Origin: a virus
Lineage: Duplodnaviria; Caudoviricetes
Reading direction: 5' to 3' (one strand)
Virus record (IMG/VR): IMGVR_UViG_3300031993_000055
Location: 8,637 to 72,636 of that record
Length of the DNA: 64,000 nt
A program made the position numbers and the translations under genes. How positions within the stretch are numbered: the stretch's first letter is position 1; every line of letters starts with the position of its first letter. The notes under the pieces were generated by a model. That model ran no database searches and had not been told where the DNA came from. It saw only the letters and a list, made by a program, of their open reading frames with translations. Below, piece after piece: positions 57,077 to 64,000 of this stretch.

Positions 57077-57844
57077 ATGCAGACGATTTCCATTGATTTA
57101 AGTCCTCAGGTAAGACACTATGAGGCGTACGGACGTCAGAAACTGGCGGACGTTCATTTCCGTATCGAGAACAAGGCGTACACCATTTCGCTTAACGACC
57201 GTTCAAGGGAGGCCCGTGAGGCAGGAGAGAAGGCCGTCCAGGCTTTCGATGACGAGGTGGTGGAACTTCTGAAGAAGGATGGCTGGAAGCTGCGCAGTGA
57301 GAACTACGGTCCCGGTTCATGTCCACAGCTGACGAAGGATGCGCAGTATCTCTACTGTCATCCACATGATATCAGCGGTTCGGTAAACGTAGAAGATGTC
57401 GAGCGCCTGGAGAAGCTCTTCCGCTCGATGAAGTCCTGCGGCTACCGCTGGACCGACAACTACGGCGACGTGATCGTGACGACCTCCGAGGCCGACGAGT
57501 ACCAGCTGTATCTGGATTACTATCCCATGGGTATCGCAACGACGATGCAGCATTATCTGACAACCAAGCGCAGAGACCTCTATAAGGACAAAGGCTGCGT
57601 GGAGCATGCTGTCTGTAACTGCATTGCGATCCAGAACCGTCGTATAGACCTGGATGAGATTGACTGTGGCTCTCCTCACATGAGAAAGCCACTCTGCGAG
57701 TTTGTGGTAGCGGAGTACGACCGACTGCTCAAACTCGGCTATATACGTGAGTCGAAAGCCTTGAATGGACAGCGTACACTGGCACGCTGGGCCAACAAGG
57801 CTGAGATAAGAGAGATAGAGAAGAAATGTAGAACTCAAAACTAA
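57077..57844 (+). CDS. Hypothetical protein
   Basis: CAACTATG start within the 56759 ORF frame. Confidence 0.65.
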   Translation: MQTISIDLSPQVRHYEAYGRQKLADVHFRIENKAYTISLNDRSREAREAGEKAVQAFDDEVVELLKKDGWKLRSENYGPGSCPQLTKDAQYLYCHPHDISGSVNVEDVERLEKLFRSMKSCGYRWTDNYGDVIVTTSEADEYQLYLDYYPMGIATTMQHYLTTKRRDLYKDKGCVEHAVCNCIAIQNRRIDLDEIDCGSPHMRKPLCEFVVAEYDRLLKLGYIRESKALNGQRTLARWANKAEIREIEKKCRTQN

Positions 57845-58054
57845 GTACGCTTATGGTAGAGAATTGGATTCTGGCTATTTTGGTTATCCTGGCATTGCTC
57901 AAGAAGTGCTAATGGATGTGATTGGTGTAACGCTCCGTGCCATGGATGGCCGTGAGCAACGCATGCTGGTATGGCTCCCGACTGAGGCGACTCGTCGGGA
58001 GTTCTATATGAAGGCAGAGAAAAACGGATTGCAAGTGATTATTAACGATTAAGA

Positions 58055-58336
58055 GTGATGGAAAAGAAACTGTATATCGTCCACCAGAAGTGTGTGCAAG
58101 GCTACGAGACACGCTGGGAGGACTATAATGTCTACAGCCACGAGGATAATGCCCTGAACAAGCTTCAGGCTGTGAAGAGAGAGGACATGATGCCGATCGT
58201 GGAGGAGGAGAACTGGGAGGTGAAACGCGACGAGCCTAAATGGTTCGAGGCACGACGCGCCTACGACGGTGGGGGCAGCTATGTGATAGTGAAGATTATC
58301 ACCACGTTCCTTGAAGACGGACATGTTGAACATTAA
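58055..58336 (+). CDS. Hypothetical protein (93 aa)
   Basis: Co-oriented ORF. Confidence 0.55.
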   Translation: MMEKKLYIVHQKCVQGYETRWEDYNVYSHEDNALNKLQAVKREDMMPIVEEENWEVKRDEPKWFEARRAYDGGGSYVIVKIITTFLEDGHVEH

Positions 58337-58347
58337 TTCTTGCGGCT

Positions 58348-58749
58348 ATGACACAAAATCAGGAGATAGCAAAGACGATTATGCAGCAGCTTGGTGGTAA
58401 CCAGTTCGTTGCCATGACAGGTGCCAGACAACTGGTGGCCATTGAGAAAGGCGTGCGCTTCCGCATTGGCAGGAACGCCACGCAGACAAACATGGTGCGT
58501 ATCACCCTGCGTGGTGACGATACCTACAACATGCAGTTCCTCTATGTGAGAAACGCCCCCAACCCCTATACTGCGCTTGCGAAATACATAGGGCGCGGTA
58601 TGAACCCTTTCGAGGCTGAAAAGAAGGTTAAACAGCAGATATCTACAGCCGCAGAGCCTAAGGTGCTGCGTGAGTATAAGGGAGTCTACTGTGACCAGCT
58701 TGCAGAACTTTTCCGAGAGTATACGTGTCTTAATACCAGACTATTCTAA
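58348..58749 (+). CDS. Hypothetical phage protein (133 aa)
   Basis: IAKTIMQQLGGNQFVAMTGAR...VRITLRGDDTYNMQF...GVYCDQLAELFREYT, a pattern common in small phage proteins. Confidence 0.65.
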   Translation: MTQNQEIAKTIMQQLGGNQFVAMTGARQLVAIEKGVRFRIGRNATQTNMVRITLRGDDTYNMQFLYVRNAPNPYTALAKYIGRGMNPFEAEKKVKQQISTAAEPKVLREYKGVYCDQLAELFREYTCLNTRLF

Positions 58750-58759
58750 AATATTGGAT

Positions 58760-58966
58760 ATGGCAAACTTTCATTTTGAGATAGGGCAGCGCGTTATAGT
58801 GGAGCACTACGGCGCTGGCAGGATTGAGACTCTTCCGTATAACGAGAAGAGTGATGTCTATGGTGTGTGGCTTGATAAGCCTGAAATGATAGAGACTTCA
58901 CACGGTACTGTTCCCAACCACTGGGTGCCGGTGCCCGAGAAATACATGAGAAAATGTCAAAACTAA
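58760..58966 (+). CDS. Small SH3/CAP-Gly-like protein
   Basis: FEIGQRVIVEHYGAGRIE....YGVWLDKP. Confidence 0.5.
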   Translation: MANFHFEIGQRVIVEHYGAGRIETLPYNEKSDVYGVWLDKPEMIETSHGTVPNHWVPVPEKYMRKCQN

Positions 58967-58979
58967 AACTATTACGGCT

Positions 58980-59270
58980 ATGAATGACCAAGAAGCAAAA
59001 GTACTTTTGCAGCAACATATTGAGCGTGATAACAAATTGCGTGCTGCAGGCAGTCCGTGGGTAGATGCTCCGATGTTTACAGAAACAGGGGCTTTTAATA
59101 TTCCGACTGCTGACGAGAGTAACTACTGGGATTACGTGGCAGGTATTATAGACCTACACGAAGCTGCTTGCGAGTTCTGTAGACTCAACTGGGATCCATA
59201 CGTTGATGAAAAAGCAACGATGGAGCGCTTTCGTAGAATAGACGAGAAATATCACAAACTTGAGAATTGA
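58980..59270 (+). CDS. Hypothetical protein (96 aa)
   Basis: ACGGCTATG start. Confidence 0.55.
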   Translation: MNDQEAKVLLQQHIERDNKLRAAGSPWVDAPMFTETGAFNIPTADESNYWDYVAGIIDLHEAACEFCRLNWDPYVDEKATMERFRRIDEKYHKLEN

Positions 59271-59275
59271 CGACT

Positions 59276-59848
59276 ATGGCAAAAGTAAAATATAGCAATC
59301 CTGAGACGACTGCGAAGATTGTAGCGTTTCTGGAGCAGGTGAAGAAGTATGGTAGTCAGAGCCGCTATATCGGCATGGACGACTTTGAGGACAAGTATGT
59401 GAAGCAGGAACGGTTCCGCTCGGAGTTCAAACGCTTTGAGGAAATCGTAAAGACTATCCACCGAGAGGATCCCGACTCGTATCGTTCGTGGTACGACTGC
59501 TTTAAGGACGACCGCCAGTATCTATCCTGTCAGGCGTTCTACACTGATACGGAGACCGGTACTGGTTATCAGGTGTGGCGCGAAGCACCCAAGTATAAGT
59601 ACGAGAAGGCCCGCTACGGTGTGCATGTGTATAAGCCTGCGACGCTCGACAACAAGATCGAGGTGATGCAGCGAAAGGCCGACGGACTGGAGCGCGAGAT
59701 ACACTACCGCAACGAACGTATGAAGCGGATGTGTGGCCGCATTATCGACGACATGAAAGCCGAGAACGCTGCTGCCGCCAAACTACTGAACGAGGTGCTG
59801 ACAGAGCTCAGCCAACTAAGAGAAGAGAAACTTAAAAAAGTAGCGTAA
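59276..59848 (+). CDS. Hypothetical protein with C-terminal coiled coil
   Basis: ACGACTATG start. Confidence 0.65.
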   Translation: MAKVKYSNPETTAKIVAFLEQVKKYGSQSRYIGMDDFEDKYVKQERFRSEFKRFEEIVKTIHREDPDSYRSWYDCFKDDRQYLSCQAFYTDTETGTGYQVWREAPKYKYEKARYGVHVYKPATLDNKIEVMQRKADGLEREIHYRNERMKRMCGRIIDDMKAENAAAAKLLNEVLTELSQLREEKLKKVA

Positions 59849-59865
59849 CTAAAACCATTACGGCT

Positions 59866-60117
59866 ATGACGGAATTACTCAAAGGAAGGAAGGTCGATAT
59901 ATCTGTTGCCGTGTGTCATCCAGGCACGCAGGACATTATCGACATCTTCGACGATATGCACCAGGCAAGAGCTGCGGTGAAGAAGTTAGGACAGGATATC
60001 TGCTACTGGTGGCTTGCTGCCGAGTGGATTAACGATGATGGAGACGTGAACCCTGCATGCTGGGGTAAGACACGTGGTGATGCTTTGAACAGACTAAGAA
60101 CGGTTTTAAATAGTTAG
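59866..60117 (+). CDS. Hypothetical protein (83 aa)
   Basis: ACGGCTATG start. Confidence 0.55.
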   Translation: MTELLKGRKVDISVAVCHPGTQDIIDIFDDMHQARAAVKKLGQDICYWWLAAEWINDDGDVNPACWGKTRGDALNRLRTVLNS

Positions 60118-60120
60118 ACT

Positions 60121-60315
60121 ATGGCATATACAATCAAAAGATTTAACGAGCTGTTGCAGCGAACGGAGTATCTGCTCAGGACCAGACCAACAAGATGGAC
60201 AGACGACAAATCGCTGTGCCTGAAAATGGACAGGATAAAAGTCGCAAGAGAGAGTGAGTGGCTGAACTTTATCGGTCAGCCACACGAGGTAATCTTAGTA
60301 GAAGGTAATCACTAA
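60121..60315 (+). CDS. Hypothetical protein (64 aa)
   Basis: Tight spacing. Confidence 0.5.
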   Translation: MAYTIKRFNELLQRTEYLLRTRPTRWTDDKSLCLKMDRIKVARESEWLNFIGQPHEVILVEGNH

Positions 60316-60658
60316 AAACAATGATACCCTGAACTTCAAATACGAGGATGCGGATGGTGACCATCACCACTTCGCTATTATGGACTGAATTTAATACGAA
60401 TCATTATGGCAACTACTGACTACATGGATGATGACATGCGGGAGCTGATGGATTGCATGAGCAAGGCAATCGTCCCGAAGAGCAGACGCAGAGGTGTGTA
60501 TCGTACCAACTATCACACCCCTTACTATCATGACAGCCGCTATCGCAAAGTGGCATAGCGGCTGGAGATGCGTTAAGAAATTCTAAATATTCACTTAAAA
60601 GTGAAGATATATGGAGAATAAGTCCTATCTTTGCAACGTAAAAAAGTTACAATGCCTT

Positions 60659-61135
60659 ATGAAAGAAGCAAAATTAAAAACAATATCCGGAAACGATAAC
60701 GTCTGCATTTACTCAATCTGTTTTGATGGAAGCGACGAAAGCGAATTTGAAAAGTTCTTGAATAAATTCAAGGACAATGCTCGTTATAATAAGGCGTTTA
60801 ATATAATCTTGCAGGCTATAAGCAAGTGTATGGCAGACGGCGTATTGGAGCGATTCTTCCGACGTGAAGGAAAACAGAGTGATAGCGTCGCTGGTTTGGC
60901 TATTGACTCTCAGCGCCTTCGCTTATATTGCCTGCGTATGTCAGAACAGATTCTGATTCTTGGGAATGGTGGCATAAAAAACAAACGTACATACGAAGAG
61001 ATTCCCGAGCTTATGGGATATGTCATAGACCTCCAGTTGTTTGAGAAGGCCTTAAAGGAAGCTCAACGCTCAGGTCGTGTAACCATCGAAAGGAATATGA
61101 TTACTGGTATTGAAAGTGCAACATTCACGATTTAA
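60659..61135 (+). CDS. Putative RelE/HigB-like toxin
   Basis: Own TATCTTTG promoter (60626-60633); FFRREGK..RLRLYCLRMSEQILILGNGGIK pattern; followed by an Xre-HTH gene. Confidence 0.6.
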   Translation: MKEAKLKTISGNDNVCIYSICFDGSDESEFEKFLNKFKDNARYNKAFNIILQAISKCMADGVLERFFRREGKQSDSVAGLAIDSQRLRLYCLRMSEQILILGNGGIKNKRTYEEIPELMGYVIDLQLFEKALKEAQRSGRVTIERNMITGIESATFTI

Positions 61136-61201
61136 TTCTTTAGAATATGATTACTGGTATTGAAAGTGCAACATTCACGATTTAATTCTTTAGAATATGA
61201 T
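61093..61201. repeat. Exact 50-bp tandem duplication
   Basis: GAATATGATTACTGGTATTGAAAGTGCAACATTCACGATTTAATTCTTTA twice, plus a 9-nt partial third copy. Confidence 0.9.
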
Positions 61202-61460
61202 GACCAACGAACTTTTTCAGCAGTGCCTCGATGCGATACCTGAAGACCAGAAGGCTTCGTTTGAGTTATCGTATAATGTGGCAGCGAGGCTTGATATGCT
61301 GCTCAAGTCTAAGAACATGACGCGGCATGAACTTGCGCGTCGACTTGGAAAACGCGACTCGGAGATATCCAAGTGGCTTACAGGTCGGCATAACTTTACT
61401 CTAAACACTATTGCGAGCATTGAATCTGTTATTGGAGACAGGCTTATTAAGACGCTTTGA
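61197..61460 (+). CDS. Xre-family HTH protein, putative HigA-like antitoxin
   Basis: KNMTRHELARRLGKRDSEISKWLTGRHNFTLNTIASIE. Confidence 0.8.
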   Translation: MMTNELFQQCLDAIPEDQKASFELSYNVAARLDMLLKSKNMTRHELARRLGKRDSEISKWLTGRHNFTLNTIASIESVIGDRLIKTL

Positions 61461-61529
61461 TGTGTTTTTATTTTCCAGTTGGCGACAAACAGTTGCCGAC
61501 TGAACAGTGTTAATTAAAGATTTTGGGTT

Positions 61530-61958
61530 ATGAAACAGAATTATTATTTGGCGGTTATACAGGCTGCAGTCGCGAACAACGACTTCGAGTTTAACGCAGA
61601 AGATAGCATCATGGATGTGTTCCAGCAGGCTTACGACAATCTCATGGATGAGCCTGTAGGAAAGACGTTTGTACATACAGAACTTAACTTTTCCGGCATG
61701 TCCATGAACTACACGTTCTGCGACGAAGATACTGATTTTCAGAGGCACGTGACGAGTGAGCAATTTGACTTTCTTTGGAAATACAAGGCCAAGGACGAGG
61801 TGTTGTTCAGAGATAAAGGAAACGGAGAGTTTGAGCCCGTTGACTGGTTTGAAGTGCCGGTGGATGGAGAACCTGACAGGGATAAGTACATCTTTGTTTT
61901 CGACAAGGAGATCCTGAGCGACGGACGCTTAGCCATGCTTTATGATTATTTTGAATAA
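61530..61958 (+). CDS. Hypothetical acidic protein (142 aa)
   Basis: Co-oriented ORF. Confidence 0.6.
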   Translation: MKQNYYLAVIQAAVANNDFEFNAEDSIMDVFQQAYDNLMDEPVGKTFVHTELNFSGMSMNYTFCDEDTDFQRHVTSEQFDFLWKYKAKDEVLFRDKGNGEFEPVDWFEVPVDGEPDRDKYIFVFDKEILSDGRLAMLYDYFE

Positions 61959-61976
61959 CTATAGGAGGACGAGATT

Positions 61977-62282
61977 ATGGTAACATTTTATGATTCACTA
62001 CCATTGAACGTGGTTAGACAGCTAATTAAGGTAGAGTTGATGGAAACTTGTAAGACTACCGAGGTGGAAATCAAGTCCATCGAGTTTGATGACAATGTTT
62101 ACGGTTTAGACGAAGACCCGAAATCACAGGAAGTGGGCCAGCGTATGAAAGTGACTGCAGATGTCAAAGGTTCTGTCTACGAAAACGATAACGGTATTCA
62201 TTCTTGGGTATTGGAGTGGAGTGCTGATATGTGTCAGTTCATTTCTGTTTGTCGTGACGACCAGTGCGATGCTGCAGTATAG
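61977..62282 (+). CDS. Hypothetical protein (101 aa)
   Basis: Co-oriented ORF. Confidence 0.55.
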   Translation: MVTFYDSLPLNVVRQLIKVELMETCKTTEVEIKSIEFDDNVYGLDEDPKSQEVGQRMKVTADVKGSVYENDNGIHSWVLEWSADMCQFISVCRDDQCDAAV

Positions 62283-62358
62283 GAGGATAAGATTATTGCG
62301 CCGACTGTTATGCTTGGCGTTTAAGATAACCGAACAGAAAACTTAAAACTTTAGAACA

Positions 62359-62853
62359 ATGAAAAGACTATTTGTAATCGCGCTGATGACAGTTATGTGT
62401 ATAGCTGCTGGCGCACAAGGTAAATGGACGGTGTCACATCGTGAGGCTGATCCGCTGATTAACCAGAAGGCCAAGGATATCTATATCTACGAGGCTCCTG
62501 GCATAGGAACCGTGGTTGTATGGGACTGGAAGGATGCGAATTTCCGCCTGATTACCGAGAACGGATTCTTCCATCAGATTCGTTTGGCGGATATAGGGCT
62601 TTGCGTTCCTGTCACTGTAGGCTTCTACGATAACGATGGAAACCTGAAGTCGAAGTTCCAGCTGATCATGTTCGAAGAGGATAATCACGCTGGCAAGTTC
62701 ATTGCCACTGGCGCATACTATATGCTTGGTCGTGGTAATATCCGCAAGGCGATGAAACAGATGAAGTCCGGCGACGGCTATCTGCGTATTATCGCCGACC
62801 TCTATAACCGTTCTAAGTTCGACATCAAGATTACTCCGTTTGAAAAGCGATAA
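62359..62853 (+). CDS. Secreted/periplasmic protein with signal peptide
   Basis: MKRLFVIALMTVMCIAAGA-Q Sec signal with Gln at +1, as is typical in Bacteroidetes. Confidence 0.7.
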   Translation: MKRLFVIALMTVMCIAAGAQGKWTVSHREADPLINQKAKDIYIYEAPGIGTVVVWDWKDANFRLITENGFFHQIRLADIGLCVPVTVGFYDNDGNLKSKFQLIMFEEDNHAGKFIATGAYYMLGRGNIRKAMKQMKSGDGYLRIIADLYNRSKFDIKITPFEKR

Positions 62854-63046
62854 TATATAGCCACACATATTATATGTAATACGTGCGCGCGCAGGGGAGA
62901 CATCCCAGTTGTCAAACAGTCTTTGACAGCTCGCGCCGGTTGCATAGTCAATGTGCTAAAGACATACATGCAGACAGTTGCATAGTATTGTAGAATTTTT
63001 GGGTTGGGCACTCTTCGCTGTGAAGCGAGGGGTGCCCTTTTTTTTG

Positions 63047-63724
63047 TTAATCCTCGCCATCAGGCTCGGATGCTTTCCTCGTCGTTCCGCCAAGCTGGTT
63101 GTTGATACGTCTTACCAGGAAGTTATGTGCATCGAGCAGCCTCTGGTATTTCTCAGTGAGTTCGTCGACACGTGTAGTAAGACTGTCTATCTTACTGCGC
63201 AGCTCCTTGACTTCGCCTGTGGATCGCTCGGCAGGTTTCTTTCCCCTGCCTTCCTTGTTCGGGTCTATGAGAATCCGGAACGGGTCAATGCCGAGCGCCT
63301 CACATGCCAGGAGGAACCTGTTGACTGGCGTCCGTCTTTCGGCTGTCAGTGACTTGCGCAGGTTATAATAGCTGATGCCGGTAGCTTCGGCTGCCTTCTT
63401 CCACGTCAAGTCGTTGCTGTCGCCGATGATATGGCTCAGTGCCATGTCGTCGTAATAGCATGTCTTGAAGTTCTCGACGATATAGTATTCCCGCTTTCCG
63501 ATGATATCGGCCGAGCCCCGAGAGAAGAACCTACGCACCGGAACATGAAGGCTGTTGGAGAGGGCCAGCAGATGCTGAATGGTTATCAGGTCCGTATCTG
63601 CCAGGATACGATACCATGTCGAGCTGGGAATGGAGGCTGTTTTTATCAACTCAGGCGTCGCTATGAAAAGCACGTCGCTCAGTGTAGTTATAAGCTTGGT
63701 GTTGAGTCGTACGCGATTATTCAT
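63047..63724 (-). CDS. Tandem Cro/CI-type HTH regulator with C-terminal coiled coil
   Basis: Two HTH-like repeats (LIKTASIPSSTWYRIL..ITIQHLLALSNSL; WKKAAEATGISYYNLRKSL..VNRFLLACEAL); divergent from the next gene. Confidence 0.6.
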   Translation of the reverse strand: MNNRVRLNTKLITTLSDVLFIATPELIKTASIPSSTWYRILADTDLITIQHLLALSNSLHVPVRRFFSRGSADIIGKREYYIVENFKTCYYDDMALSHIIGDSNDLTWKKAAEATGISYYNLRKSLTAERRTPVNRFLLACEALGIDPFRILIDPNKEGRGKKPAERSTGEVKELRSKIDSLTTRVDELTEKYQRLLDAHNFLVRRINNQLGGTTRKASEPDGED

Positions 63725-63922
63725 AAACTTTAAAATATGTATATAAAATTAAAATGAGAAAAATTTTCCCAAAAATATATTGTTGTTTGCCGAAAATGTT
63801 ATATCTTTGCCCCAAAGTTACAACATTTCCGTGAATTTTCCAAAGAAAATATTGGAAAACTGCTGTAAAACATCGACGGATGTGCAGATTTGACGGATTG
63901 TTTATATTAAATTAAACCTAAA

Positions 63923-64000
63923 ATGAAGTATTTTAGAAACCTATTGACGGCCCTCCTGGGTATAGATACATATCAGAACGATATGGTCAAGCAAGACTAC
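63923..64000 (+). CDS. Start of an ORF running off the window
   Basis: CTAAAATG start, MKYFRNLLTALLGIDTYQ...; TATCTTTG at 63802-63809. Confidence 0.45.
   Translation, partial: MKYFRNLLTALLGIDTYQNDMVKQDY

Larger units (their letters stand above)
1..64000. mobile_element. Segment of a large Bacteroidetes tailed temperate phage / phage-plasmid
   Basis: Terminase, portal, prohead protease, tape measure, endolysin and spanin co-occur with ParA, Rep and iterons. No host housekeeping genes and no integrase seen in the window. Confidence 0.9.

Noticed and set aside
1-64000. tRNA, rRNA, integrase or major capsid gene
   Set aside because: None recognisable by eye; they may lie outside this window.

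Overview
The window is one continuous stretch of a large Bacteroidetes (Prevotella-like) tailed temperate phage, probably a phage-plasmid. Host evidence: TAnnTTTG promoters, no Shine-Dalgarno motifs, A at -3 of starts. 1-25.1 kb is mostly a minus-strand late module: S49 prohead protease, 2445-aa tape measure, portal, terminase, GH108 endolysin, a frameshifted methylase and three glycosyl/phospho-transferases, plus a hicAB cassette. 25.3-30.5 kb is a plasmid-type replicon (ParA, small partner, octamer centromere arrays, iterons, Rep, DnaC-like ATPase). 32-37.5 kb holds a spanin, HU and an odd Ala-rich low-complexity region. 38-63 kb is a plus-strand early region of small ORFs. The standout is a YSDD reverse transcriptase (46589-48229) followed by ten ~160-190 nt structured non-coding units (48236-53707). 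The units share one architecture, a covarying loop-to-3' pairing and G.U-tolerant long hairpins, but each hairpin has a different sequence. This looks like an RT with an array of retron-like RNAs and does not fit the usual retron, DGR, group II intron or CRISPR-RT layouts. All calls are by eye; no database search or folding program was run.
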